NCBI GenBank assembly: GCA_965197475.1
Contig: CBDANF010000002.1
Coordinates: 160,001 to 224,000 of the forward strand
Length of the DNA: 64,000 nucleotides
Source of the DNA: Candidatus Poribacteria bacterium
GTDB lineage: Bacteria > Poribacteria > WGA-4E > WGA-3G
Direction: 5' to 3'
The notes beneath the pieces are model-generated. The model was not told the origin of the DNA and ran no database searches. It saw nothing but the letters and a program-made list of their open reading frames with translations. Positions 52,220 to 62,071 of the stretch are shown piece by piece. Each line of letters starts with the position of its first letter. The first letter of the stretch is position 1. Position numbers and translations under genes: made by a program.

Positions 52220-52334
52220 ATGAAGTTTAAGTATTTAAATCGGTAATCCCGATTTCCCCATGTCCGGTAGGTGCGGTTTCCTAACCGCACCGAGCATTGC
52301 TAGTAAATTACCGAATTATTTTTTTAATCTTCAT
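52220..52334. mobile_element. MITE-like element C, inserted in a REP and carrying another REP
   Basis: 28-bp imperfect TIR (22/28) ATGAAG...CGGTAAT; the flanks rejoin into a REP also seen at 56342-56365. Confidence 0.7.
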
Positions 52335-52396
52335 TAAGCGCGCTGATCGACGGTGTATCATTAATTGTAAAATCTACTATATAATGGAGAATTACT

Positions 52397-53224
52397 ATGG
52401 TCCAACCTTTTATTGTTAAGCCCGGTAACAGCATTAGTCTGAACGGGGTTGGAAAGGGTTGTAATCCCGAACATGTCCCAGAATATACAGGGGCTTACCA
52501 AAAAAAGGCTGAAACTAAAAAGCCGTTGAAAAAACTACATAAAAAGATGCTCAAACTTCAGGAGCTGCTTTACGCGGAGAATCAACACGCGCTTCTGATT
52601 ATCTTGCAAGGCATGGATACATGCGGCAAGGACGGTACCATCAGAAAGGTGATGGCTGGTATCAACGTGCAGGGCTGCGATGTAGTTAATTTCAAAGTTC
52701 CCACAGTGGATGAGATTTCTCGAGATTTTTTGTGGCGGGCACACAAAGCGGTGCCACAGAAGGGAAAGATCGGAATTTTCAACCGTTCACATTATGAGGA
52801 TGTGCTTGTTGTCCGTGTGCATGATCTTGTGCCGCAATCGGTTAGGAAACAACGCTACCAGCAGATTAACGATTTTGAAAAAATGTTGGTAGAAAATGGA
52901 ACGATTGTTCTAAAATTTTTCCTCCACATTTCAAAGGACGAGCAGAAAGAACGGCTTGAATCTCGGATCAACGACCCTTCAAAGCATTGGAAAATCACCG
53001 AAGCCGATATTCGCGAACGCGCCTACTGGGATGATTACATGCAGGCGTATGAAACAGTTCTCCAAAAATGTAGTACCGATTGGGCACCTTGGTATATAAT
53101 CCCCGCTAATAAGAAGTGGTATCGAAATCTTGTTATCACGGAACGCATTGTTGAAACCCTTGAGGGGTTGGACATGAAATTCCCGAAACCGACATCTGAT
53201 GTGTCAATATTTTCCGTAGAATGA
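52397..53224 (+). CDS. ppk2: Polyphosphate kinase 2 family (class III-like)
   Basis: QGMDTCGKDGTI, DFLWR, FNRSHYEDVL, KFFLHISKDEQ. Confidence 0.92.
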   Translation: MVQPFIVKPGNSISLNGVGKGCNPEHVPEYTGAYQKKAETKKPLKKLHKKMLKLQELLYAENQHALLIILQGMDTCGKDGTIRKVMAGINVQGCDVVNFKVPTVDEISRDFLWRAHKAVPQKGKIGIFNRSHYEDVLVVRVHDLVPQSVRKQRYQQINDFEKMLVENGTIVLKFFLHISKDEQKERLESRINDPSKHWKITEADIRERAYWDDYMQAYETVLQKCSTDWAPWYIIPANKKWYRNLVITERIVETLEGLDMKFPKPTSDVSIFSVE

Positions 53225-53244
53225 GCAGAAATGAAAGAGTGGCT

Positions 53245-53541
53245 ATGAAATTCAATCTTTTGAGTGATAACAAAAGAATCGTAGAAATAGCAATGTTGAT
53301 AGGGATAGTAATGGTGAGCGTGGATGCTATAATGCAAAACCGAGGTATTGCGGAAAAACATTTTTTGTGGATCTCCGGATTGGGATTTCTCGTAATGCTT
53401 TGGAGCATTTTTTCATACATTTTCGTTAACGCCAAGGCTATTAGCATAAAACCTTCAAGGATTTTAGGAAACATTTTATTTTTGGTCTTGTCCGCTTTTT
53501 GGGGAATATTTATGACGTGGATATACTTCGGAACGCAGTAG
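53245..53541 (+). CDS. Small membrane protein
   Basis: Three hydrophobic segments; start uncertain (53221 or 53245). Confidence 0.55.
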   Translation: MKFNLLSDNKRIVEIAMLIGIVMVSVDAIMQNRGIAEKHFLWISGLGFLVMLWSIFSYIFVNAKAISIKPSRILGNILFLVLSAFWGIFMTWIYFGTQ

Positions 53542-53595
53542 TTTTTTTGACTGTTATGTGCAGAGTATTGTAAATTTTGAAACAAGGAATATTTG

Positions 53596-54375
53596 ATGCT
53601 TTCCACAGCACAATTAAAGCAATTTGAAGAAGAGGGGTATCTGCTACTTTCCGGTTTGATTCCAAAAGAGACCATCGTCCAAGCAGAACAAGCAATGTGG
53701 CATTCAATGGGTATGGATGCGAACGATCCTGACTCATGGAAACATATCCAACGTCCCTTTCTCACCGGTTTTTATATAGAAAACATGTCAAACGAAAATC
53801 GTATTGAGCTTTTCGGCGTAACGCATCCAGATATGTTGGCGTGTTGCACACCAGATTATCTCATCGTCCTCAACCAACTCGCTGAAAGATATCCATCTAT
53901 TTCGCATTGTAAAAGCCAATATCCAGATGGTATCTGGGCTATGAATCAATTCCCTATTTCTGCTGAGCGGAAAATACCTCTCCCTCACCTTGATGGATAC
54001 TCCAGAGATTTACGGTTGGATCCGGGTACTTTTCGTGTATCCAGTTTAACCTATCTCACCGATGCCAATTCCCATCAAGGAACGACAGTGATATGGCCCG
54101 AAGGTCCGCAACGGATTCGGGAGTTCCGCCAAAAGAATCCGTATTTTTCAAAACATGTTCGATCTATGCTGACACAGTTACCACAGATGGATTTGGGTGA
54201 ACCGATGGAAGTTGTCGCAAAACAAGGCGATGTACTCCTTTTTCATCACCTACTGCCGCATTCCGGAACAATAAATGCTGGCACTTCTCCGCGTTTCGCA
54301 ATTCGGTTTATGTGTCTTTGTCTTGATTGTCATCCTTGGCAGAAAAGAGGTGAGTGGAATATCTGGATGCCTTAG
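53596..54375 (+). CDS. PhyH-family dioxygenase
   Basis: F.EEGYL, PHLDG, YLTD, GDVLLFHHLLPHSG..N...PR. Confidence 0.85.
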   Translation: MLSTAQLKQFEEEGYLLLSGLIPKETIVQAEQAMWHSMGMDANDPDSWKHIQRPFLTGFYIENMSNENRIELFGVTHPDMLACCTPDYLIVLNQLAERYPSISHCKSQYPDGIWAMNQFPISAERKIPLPHLDGYSRDLRLDPGTFRVSSLTYLTDANSHQGTTVIWPEGPQRIREFRQKNPYFSKHVRSMLTQLPQMDLGEPMEVVAKQGDVLLFHHLLPHSGTINAGTSPRFAIRFMCLCLDCHPWQKRGEWNIWMP

Positions 54376-54471
54376 AAAATATAGATACAACAGCATGTTG
54401 TTGAATTAATAGTTAATAGGATTCCTTGACATTAAACGTCCGAAGATATGATTGTAAACCAACTAACCTAA

Positions 54472-54726
54472 CATAACAAAGGTCGCGAACCTTTTAAACT
54501 CGCAATCAAGGAGAAAAAAGGTAAAAAAGGACTCGCTTTTCGTGATCCTGCCGTAAATCCTGTTGCTAAATGGATTTCTTTCCATGTTTATACAATGGCT
54601 GCCCCCGGATACGTAGATGATTTACTTGTCTATGAGGGTGACAAACCGATAAACCTTGCCGTTGACCCAAATGGAAAACTCGCTACCGTTTGGGGGCATA
54701 TCAAAAGACATTCCTCATTTCAGTAG
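54472..54726 (+). pseudogene. Orphan C-terminal fragment of a secreted protein with the V.P.GKLAT.W..IK tail
   Basis: Open frame without a proper 5' end: ...YVDDLLVYEGDKPINLAVDPNGKLATVWGHIK. Confidence 0.65.
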
Positions 54727-54754
54727 GAGTTACAATTCTAACCTCTGAGATAAT

Positions 54755-55038
54755 AGACATTATAATGATTTAATCGTCCGTCCCTGATATCACTAAGACC
54801 GAAATATAGTCTAAACGCTAATGGCTTGTCCGTCGGGTAGAGTTTGCGAAACCCGACATGTTTGTTCTGAATGTCAAGTGTTCAGATGGTGGAAGTTACC
54901 GTTTTATAGATTGCGAAATCTGCTATATTATCTCTGGAACCCTGATATTGTCGGGTTTCGCTGCGCTCTACCCGACCTACGAACTTTAGATTTTATTATA
55001 GACCAGTAACAACACACAATTAAAACGTTATAATGTCT
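54755..55038. mobile_element. MITE-like element D with ends matching the IS at 9913-10951
   Basis: TIR AGACATTATAA..; 3-bp TSD AAT; internal inverted REP pair. Confidence 0.8.
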
Positions 55039-55073
55039 AATGTGTTTATTGAAAAGATGCAAAGGAGTTTAAT

Positions 55074-55889
55074 ATGGACAACGAAACAGTTCATCTAACG
55101 CCTGCACAACGGTTACACTTTGACATTTACGGTTTCGTGTTGTTGGAGAACGTTCTGACTACCGACGAAATTGATCGGATGAAAGATGCTTTATACAGAA
55201 TCAAAGCGGATAAAGACCTTGATGGTAAAAGAGTCTATCTGAATTGGCGAGGTGAACATCACGCGCACATGGGAAACCTTGTTGAGTATGATCCGGCACT
55301 ATTAGAATATGCAGCGCATCCTAAACTTGTCCCGTTGGTTGAGGAGGTTGTTGGCGGGGCAGTCCGTCTTGAGGAAACTGAAGCAATTATTAACAGACGA
55401 AACGCAGAGGTTGATTTAGATGAACTTTTCAAACGTCGTTACAACCCAACTGGCTTTCATCGTGGCACGCAACACGGTTGGGGCACCTACATGGAACAGG
55501 ATAAGTTCCACTGCATCTTTGTGAAGACGCTTGCATGCCTAACCGATGTCGGCCCTGATGATGGTGGAACGTGTGTCATACCGGGTAGCCACCGCTTGAC
55601 ATGGAAACAGCGTGAAATGATTGAGGCAGCTTTATCTGATGACAAACTCATCCATCAAGTTGAAGCGTCCGCCGGTTCTGTCCTGCTTTTTGCAGAGGCC
55701 CTCGTTCACAGTACCACTGCCATTCGTAGCGACAAAGAGCGGGTTATTCTGATCGCAGGCTACACCCCACCGATGGTCCGAGAATGGCCGGGCAACGAGG
55801 TGAGTCCAGAATTTGTTGAGACACTTCCCGAAGAAATTCGCCCGCTTATCTCTGGCAGCGACAGTTGGCACTGGAAACGGCGGTACTAA
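55074..55889 (+). CDS. PhyH-family dioxygenase
   Basis: FDIYGF, FHRG, LTDVGPDDGGT.VIPGSH, LVHS. Confidence 0.85.
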   Translation: MDNETVHLTPAQRLHFDIYGFVLLENVLTTDEIDRMKDALYRIKADKDLDGKRVYLNWRGEHHAHMGNLVEYDPALLEYAAHPKLVPLVEEVVGGAVRLEETEAIINRRNAEVDLDELFKRRYNPTGFHRGTQHGWGTYMEQDKFHCIFVKTLACLTDVGPDDGGTCVIPGSHRLTWKQREMIEAALSDDKLIHQVEASAGSVLLFAEALVHSTTAIRSDKERVILIAGYTPPMVREWPGNEVSPEFVETLPEEIRPLISGSDSWHWKRRY

Positions 55890-55925
55890 GTTAACGTGCA
55901 TTTGATAATAAGATCCAATGTAGAT

Positions 55926-55957
55926 GTAGGTTGGGTAGAGCGCAGCGAAACCCAACA
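55926..55957 (+). repeat. GTAG-type REP
   Basis: GTAGGTTGGGTAGAGCGCAGCGAAACCCAACA; inverted relatives at about 54949-54980, 55983-56007 and 56271-56299. Confidence 0.7.
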
Positions 55958-56003
55958 CGTCAACCATTGGGATGTGATAAATTGTTGGGTTTCACGTTGT
56001 TCT

Positions 56004-56275
56004 ACCCTTATGTGTCAATTTAGTGTGCTATATGCAAAAAGATGCTGATTTGTGATAATAGCAGCACCAGCGGTGCGGAATGTGTATAGAATCAAACAGT
56101 CTCTTGAACCCCGCCAAATGCCATACGCGCATTTGGCGTTGATTCGCGGGGCAGCATGCGCTTTTGGCATGCTGCATGAGGTGTCTGACAACACGTACAC
56201 ATATACACCTTTCGCCCCTCTGGGGTTTAGATATCCAAAATATAGGTTTATTTCCTTAAGTTGACACTTATGGGT
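56004..56275. mobile_element. MITE-like element E, inserted in a REP
   Basis: Imperfect TIR ACCC.TA.GTGTCAA.TTA; flanking duplication TTCACGTTGTTCT; a solo end at 5031-5053. Confidence 0.65.
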
Positions 56276-56309
56276 TTCACGTTGTTCTACCCAACCTACT
56301 TTAGTCAAC

Positions 56310-56396
56310 TATAGTGAAGTATAAAAAGTAGACATTTGCTTGTAGGTGCGCTTTGTAAGCGCGCTATCAGTGGTATTTCAATAATTCTTGACTATA
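56310..56396. mobile_element. Short MITE-like element F carrying a REP
   Basis: TATAGTGAAG...CTTGACTATA ends around GTAGGTGCGCTTTGTAAGCGCGC. Confidence 0.45.
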
Positions 56397-56436
56397 ATTG
56401 ACTGTAGGATGGGTACCGTGCCTTACCCACACTGTT

Positions 56437-57948
56437 TTATGCGCCCGAAGTCCGCGGCATCGGCAGCGGTTCTTTCCCCATTTCCGCAAACAAAAGTTTC
56501 ATCACCAGGTCCGCCTTCAATTCCGCATGTTCAGATGAATTCCAAAGGTTATTGATTTCACCTGGATCCTCGCGCATATCAAACAATTCCCCATATTCTC
56601 GGTTGTAATAGACGGTAAGTTTATATCGGTCATCAACGTAGGTTTTTACGTGGACAGTTGTCGGTTCGTGATGGTTTTCAACGATGATGTGGTCACGTGC
56701 CTGCTCTTCCTGTCCGTACCAGACCGGTGTCTGATCTACCCCTGTCATCGGAAGTGGAATATCAATCCCCGCGGCACTAAGAAACGAAGGTGCTAAATCC
56801 ACTAAAGTCTGCAACGCATCAGATTGTTTCCCCGCAGGCACAACACCCGGATACCGAGCGATAAACGGCACCTTGATTACATCTTCATAGTGGAACGCTC
56901 CTTTTGCAATCAGACCGTGCTGCCCATAAAAATGTCCATGATCGGAGGTGAAAACAACCAACGTGTTATCAGCAAGTCCAAGTTCGTCAAGTTTTCCCAA
57001 GATTTTGCCGATATACTTATCCATCAGACTCACCATGCCGTAATAGACAGCAATATCTTTAGCAAGTTCATCCCGATCTCGTAAATGCGACCTGAATCCG
57101 TGGACACCTTTGCCGCTTTCTCGCCATTCGGAGAAATCCGGTTTTTTCTGCTGTGTCATTTGGAAATGTATGGGATTTTTGTCATGCTCACCTTCTGTTA
57201 CAGATGGCACCGTCAAAGCATCAGGGTCATACATCGTATCCCACGGTTCTGGCACGAGATATTTCGGGTGCGGATCAAAGAAACTTGCCCAGAGGAAAAA
57301 GTTCTCGTCATTTTGCTGATAGGTTTCCATGAGTGCGTTCGTTCGTTCAGCAATCCAAGTATCGTAATGGTATTCTTCAGGAATGGGCCACTTGCGATAT
57401 TGTCCTTTAGCGTTTCCTGTAGGTGGTGCATAAAAATCACGCCAATTTGATAGACCTTTTTCCTCCATCCAGATAGCGTAGTGCTGCCCGACGTGTGCTT
57501 CATCGGCGTGGTTACGCGCAAGTTCAACATGCTCAAATCCGTAAAACGGTTCATTGAAGTTTCGCCAGAAGTCTAAATCTTGTAGAATCGGATAGGATTC
57601 CAATGAAGGGAATTCGTCTGTTCCGTGTAAGGGTTGAAAGTGCGCTTTTCCAACAAGGGCAGTACGGTAACCTGCGTCGGTAAAATCTTCACCGACGGTA
57701 TGTTCATCTTCAAGGAGTTTTGTGCCGAGAGACCATGCACCGTGTTGGCTTGGATACTTTCCTGTAATGATAGATGCGCGGGTCGGTGTGCAAGTTGGGT
57801 TAGGGCAATAGGCTCTGTTAAAGAGTGTGCCATCTTGTGCTAAGGCATCCAAGTGAGGTGTCTGAATTTCGGGGTTAAGACACCCCAAGGTATTCCAATG
57901 TTGTTGATCGCTTGTGATAAGCAAAATATTGGGTCGGTTTTTATCCAT
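56437..57948 (-). CDS. Sulfatase (Cys-type)
   Basis: RPNILLI.SDQ, CTPTRASI.TG.YP, GKAH, FTSDHG. Confidence 0.95.
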   Translation of the reverse strand: MDKNRPNILLITSDQQHWNTLGCLNPEIQTPHLDALAQDGTLFNRAYCPNPTCTPTRASIITGKYPSQHGAWSLGTKLLEDEHTVGEDFTDAGYRTALVGKAHFQPLHGTDEFPSLESYPILQDLDFWRNFNEPFYGFEHVELARNHADEAHVGQHYAIWMEEKGLSNWRDFYAPPTGNAKGQYRKWPIPEEYHYDTWIAERTNALMETYQQNDENFFLWASFFDPHPKYLVPEPWDTMYDPDALTVPSVTEGEHDKNPIHFQMTQQKKPDFSEWRESGKGVHGFRSHLRDRDELAKDIAVYYGMVSLMDKYIGKILGKLDELGLADNTLVVFTSDHGHFYGQHGLIAKGAFHYEDVIKVPFIARYPGVVPAGKQSDALQTLVDLAPSFLSAAGIDIPLPMTGVDQTPVWYGQEEQARDHIIVENHHEPTTVHVKTYVDDRYKLTVYYNREYGELFDMREDPGEINNLWNSSEHAELKADLVMKLLFAEMGKEPLPMPRTSGA

Positions 57949-58036
57949 TAAACTTCCTTTTTATGTCTTTCGCAAAACCAGAAAAACGGACTTCATTTTA
58001 TCAGCGAACTTTATCCTTGCGTTCTACGCCTGCTGC

Positions 58037-59347
58037 TTAAGCTCCCTTCCTTAAACAACACTGCTTATACTTTCGTCCACTACCGCATGAGCAAGGTGAG
58101 TTTCGCCCGACCTTCTGCGATGACGTGGAGAGGGTCCGAACCTTCAAATTATTGCTTTTGCCATTTGCTTGCCGACGTTCCCGCATCATCGGTATAATAC
58201 TATTCGCGGGTTTTCCCGCCTGTAGAGCCGAAGCCATCAGTTTCATCGGTTCATCAATGTGATTGAAAAAATGCTTGTAGCCAGCACAGAGGTAGTTCAA
58301 GCCTTCCTCTCCTGATGGAGTCTCAATAATTCGGTTTTTCGGACAACCGCCATTGCAAACGAACTTTACCTCACAATTGCGGCAGTATTCCGGTAGCATG
58401 TCCCGCTTATCGGTGCCGAATTTACGTTGAAACGGTGAATCCACCATGTCCGCTATTGAGGTCTCTTCTATGTTGCCGATGTAGTAGTCAGGGGTAACGT
58501 AATGATCGCAGGAATAGAGATCGCCATTATGTTCAATTGCCATCGCATCGCCACAGGTCTCATTGAAAATACAGAGGCTTGGGTTATAACCCATCCACGC
58601 TTCTAACGCTACATCAAAAATCTGGACGAAGATTTTACCGATGTCGTTTACCACCCATTCATCGAAAATGGTGGAGAGGAATTTACCGTATTGCTTTGCC
58701 GTGACAGAGCGCGGGGACACGTTTTTGCTGTCAAAGTGTTCAACCGCAGGAATAAACTGCATAAATTCTACGCCAAGCTCTTTGAAATAGGAGTATACCT
58801 CCTTCGGATAATCAGCGTTGTGTCTGTTAACAACGCAAAGCACATTATAATCAACCTTATGCTCCTGCAATATCCGCAACCCACGGATTACCTGTTCTGA
58901 TGTTGGACGGCCGCGTTTGTCATAACGATATTTATCGTGGATCTCCGGTGGACCATCGATACTTATCCCTATTAAAAATCTATTTTGCTTGAAAAAATGC
59001 CCCCATTCATCGTCTAATAGCGTGGCATTCGTTTGAAAAGTATTTTGAATCCTCATACCAGTGCGGCGGTATTTTTGCTGATAACGTACTGCCTGTCGGA
59101 AAAAATCCACACCCATCAAAGTCGGTTCGCCACCTTGCCACGCGAACGTAACTTCGTTAACCTGCTGTGCCTCAATATATTGCTTGACATAGTTTTCCAA
59201 AGTTTCGTCGCCCATCCGGAAAGAGCGAGTTTCGGGGTAGAGTTCCTCTTTTTCCAGATAAAAGCAGTATTCGCAATCTAAATTGCAGATCGGTCCGATC
59301 GGCTTTGTCATCACATGAAAAGCGCGTGGAGCTTTAGGTTGAACCAT
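58037..59347 (-). CDS. Anaerobic sulfatase maturase (radical SAM/SPASM) with SEC-C tail
   Basis: CNLDCEYC, WQGGEP, YSCDHY, C..C.....CNGGCPK; GRNSPCSCGSGRKYKQCC. Confidence 0.95.
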   Translation of the reverse strand: MVQPKAPRAFHVMTKPIGPICNLDCEYCFYLEKEELYPETRSFRMGDETLENYVKQYIEAQQVNEVTFAWQGGEPTLMGVDFFRQAVRYQQKYRRTGMRIQNTFQTNATLLDDEWGHFFKQNRFLIGISIDGPPEIHDKYRYDKRGRPTSEQVIRGLRILQEHKVDYNVLCVVNRHNADYPKEVYSYFKELGVEFMQFIPAVEHFDSKNVSPRSVTAKQYGKFLSTIFDEWVVNDIGKIFVQIFDVALEAWMGYNPSLCIFNETCGDAMAIEHNGDLYSCDHYVTPDYYIGNIEETSIADMVDSPFQRKFGTDKRDMLPEYCRNCEVKFVCNGGCPKNRIIETPSGEEGLNYLCAGYKHFFNHIDEPMKLMASALQAGKPANSIIPMMRERRQANGKSNNLKVRTLSTSSQKVGRNSPCSCGSGRKYKQCCLRKGA

Positions 59348-59484
59348 TCGAATTACCTCTTGTTTTGACTTTGCGTTAAGTGTAGCACATTCCGCATGAA
59401 ACTACAAGAAAAAAGTGGAAGTCAATCGCATTCTGCAGGAGTACCTCTTTTTCCTCTGTAGGAGCGACCTCCCGGTCGAGATCC

Positions 59485-61017
59485 CTAAACAACCCTGTTT
59501 TCAACCCCACCAAACGACAAAATTTTCTTTATCTTACCCGGTTGTGCCCAATTGCACTTTCCTGCCCCATTAAGTTGTCGCAGCAAAACCGGAATTTCCG
59601 GATCTTCAAGTGCTGTCTTTATCCTTTGTGCCTCGTCTTCACGCCAGCACGGAATGAACGCATGCATCGCCTGATTGCCTTGCCACATCTGCCCGTCTAC
59701 ACTGCTCAACACAATCGGGTTAAAGTGGTTTTTCCCGTATGCCTCCCATATCACTTTGAAAGGTGCAAACGAATAGGGACCAACACCGAGCAACGCCCAC
59801 CAATACCCTCTATTCATAGACGCTCGTAGAAGTGTTCCTTTTCGACTCTGTAACACATCTTGACAATTCTGAAGATAGTTTCTTAATGTATCAAACTTTT
59901 CGATTTGTTCCCATGTTAGCGGTTTCCCTGTCTCCTGATGATACGGCAATAGAATCCATTTGTGAGGTGTCAAGTCATGTTGTCGCCATATCTCCTTCGT
60001 TGCCAGCGGGTATAGAAACGCTTCAGGGAGATGTGTAGGTTTGTGGTCAAAGATAAAAACGCTATTCGCACCGCATGTATTCACACCTTGTCTTGGCTTT
60101 TGTTCAGGTGTCAATCTGATTTCAAGTGTTTTACCCGCATTAAGTTCATCAAGGTTTTGCACGATCCGCCACGGGTCATCAGAATTTTTGAGTGGTAAAG
60201 CCTTATGTTCAACCCAATTTCCGTCCAACTCTTTGAAATATGTGACCGGAAATTCCTGTTGTGCATCACCTTGGAACCTGGCACAACAGTATGCAGTGTT
60301 AACGCCATCAAACACTTTAGTAGATGTAAATTCATAAACAGCATCTATGGCGAAATTCCGATATGTATCAAAGAAACTTTGCGAGCATTTAGCATTGTAA
60401 TTTCTAAATCCACTATGTGCACCATCGCCAAAAAAGAGAGACGTGGGAAGATAGAAATATCCTGAACCGTTCTTTTTGAGTAGTTTTCCAAGAACGACCT
60501 TCAATACTAATGCAGCTATATCAACGCGGGAAGACCCCAAAAGCGTCCGTTGCGTATCCGCTACAAGTCCTTCTTGAAGAAAATAGGGTTTAATTTCCGT
60601 TTTGTAAGCCGTAGGTAAGTCTCCGAAGTTTGCCCACGGAGGATTCCCAATGAGTATATCATATTGTTGCGTATGCGTCTCTGTGATAACATCTTGACAG
60701 AAGATGTGTGAGGAAGGAAAATCAACGCCAAATTCTCGTTGAACATTTTCTCTGAACTGCTCAAGGAACGAAGGGATTATCTCAATGAGCGTTAGACGTG
60801 ACATGCGTTCCGTGGTAATAGGAATTCCTTTGTTTCGCGCGATATGGAGCATCGCAAGCACAAACGCACCCTGCCCCGCTGTTGGGTCACAGATATGTGC
60901 ACCGTCAAGCCACGCATCAAAGATATTCCACTTATTGATGAGCCATTCTGCCCATTTGAGTGGTGTAAAAACTTTTCCGATATTAGCGTCTATTAAATGA
61001 GAAGTGTTTGTATCCAT
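59485..61017 (-). CDS. Amino-type DNA methyltransferase (gamma class)
   Basis: GKVFTP, DPTAGQGAF, GNPPW. Confidence 0.85.
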   Translation of the reverse strand: MDTNTSHLIDANIGKVFTPLKWAEWLINKWNIFDAWLDGAHICDPTAGQGAFVLAMLHIARNKGIPITTERMSRLTLIEIIPSFLEQFRENVQREFGVDFPSSHIFCQDVITETHTQQYDILIGNPPWANFGDLPTAYKTEIKPYFLQEGLVADTQRTLLGSSRVDIAALVLKVVLGKLLKKNGSGYFYLPTSLFFGDGAHSGFRNYNAKCSQSFFDTYRNFAIDAVYEFTSTKVFDGVNTAYCCARFQGDAQQEFPVTYFKELDGNWVEHKALPLKNSDDPWRIVQNLDELNAGKTLEIRLTPEQKPRQGVNTCGANSVFIFDHKPTHLPEAFLYPLATKEIWRQHDLTPHKWILLPYHQETGKPLTWEQIEKFDTLRNYLQNCQDVLQSRKGTLLRASMNRGYWWALLGVGPYSFAPFKVIWEAYGKNHFNPIVLSSVDGQMWQGNQAMHAFIPCWREDEAQRIKTALEDPEIPVLLRQLNGAGKCNWAQPGKIKKILSFGGVENRVV

Positions 61018-61657
61018 TGTTTCTAAATGCCTCTAAATCTGCAATACGTCTTAACGCGTCACTGCTAACTCGTCTATAATGTTGGATAGCGAGATCTATG
61101 AACATATCATAGAAATCAGTAATATCCCGATTCCAATCAATTTCCTCCCAAACTTGGTTAACTGTGTAATTAAGCCGTATTTGTCCAGTACCAAGATTTT
61201 TAATTCTGTATGCATCCTGAGGAAATAAAATAAAAGGTGCTACACGGATATATACAAAATCGCGTTTTTCACTCTGGGAAGATAATTTGTTGTGTCCAAA
61301 TTCTGCGATAAGGAACATCCCATTATCATTTGCCAGAAATTTCAACAAATTACCAACAGCACAAATCCCACCATCAGAGTACCGAGTTGAATCTAGGTCC
61401 TTAGTTTTAACATCAATTCCAATGATTCTATTTTCAAACTGTAAAGCAAAATCAAAGATGGTACGTCTTCCTGGTCGTTCTAACGCAGGATATCCAAGAT
61501 CTGAACACATCTGATCCCAATTATCAGCTATCTTTTTTTCAATCATTGCTCCAAAAGCTCGAGAATCTTCGCGTGCTGCTAACCCCGATGTTAGTTCTTC
61601 AGAAAAAATCTCAGATAGTTTATCTTCTATTTGACTGGATATTTCCTTTAGATCCAT
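60983..61657 (-). CDS. Putative restriction endonuclease (PD-(D/E)XK)
   Basis: RAFGAMIE, FDF...IDVKT, NLGTGQ; overlaps the MTase. Confidence 0.65.
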   Translation of the reverse strand: MDLKEISSQIEDKLSEIFSEELTSGLAAREDSRAFGAMIEKKIADNWDQMCSDLGYPALERPGRRTIFDFALQFENRIIGIDVKTKDLDSTRYSDGGICAVGNLLKFLANDNGMFLIAEFGHNKLSSQSEKRDFVYIRVAPFILFPQDAYRIKNLGTGQIRLNYTVNQVWEEIDWNRDITDFYDMFIDLAIQHYRRVSSDALRRIADLEAFRNNGYKHFSFNRR

Positions 61658-61861
61658 AAAATTCCTCCCCTACCATTTATTATAGTCAATTTATTAGTAT
61701 GATATTACAATTATGCCAACAACCGAGATAGTTGGGATAGTCGCAATAACCTCATGTTACAATGTTAGTATGTATTTTATCACTTATAAATATATTAATC
61801 AACTTGTTAAATTTCTTTTGGCTTGACCTTTTCAGAGCAAATATGGTACTATTTGATAACT

Positions 61862-61991
61862 AACGTGAGTTCGATATAAGCATTTTTGGGAATTGGTGCG
61901 GTTAGGAAACCGCACCTACCGCTGTTATGTGAGTAGAATAGTAGAATTCAAAGCATTAAGAACTTCATACCTCTTACACCGAACTCACGTT
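61862..61991. mobile_element. MITE-like element A, copy 2
   Basis: TIR AACGTGAGTTCG...CGAACTCACGTT; colinear with 13391-13511. Confidence 0.75.
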
Positions 61992-62071
61992 ACTACTTGT
62001 AATGGCAGAAGTTTGAAGGGTTTTCCGCACACCGTAATGGCACTTATGGATAGTGAAAGGCAGATCATGCA

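Noticed and set aside
56015-56308. ORFs within 56015-56308, and similarly 32271..32462, 54821..55009 and 61893..62084
   Set aside because: They are translations of REP/MITE sequence.
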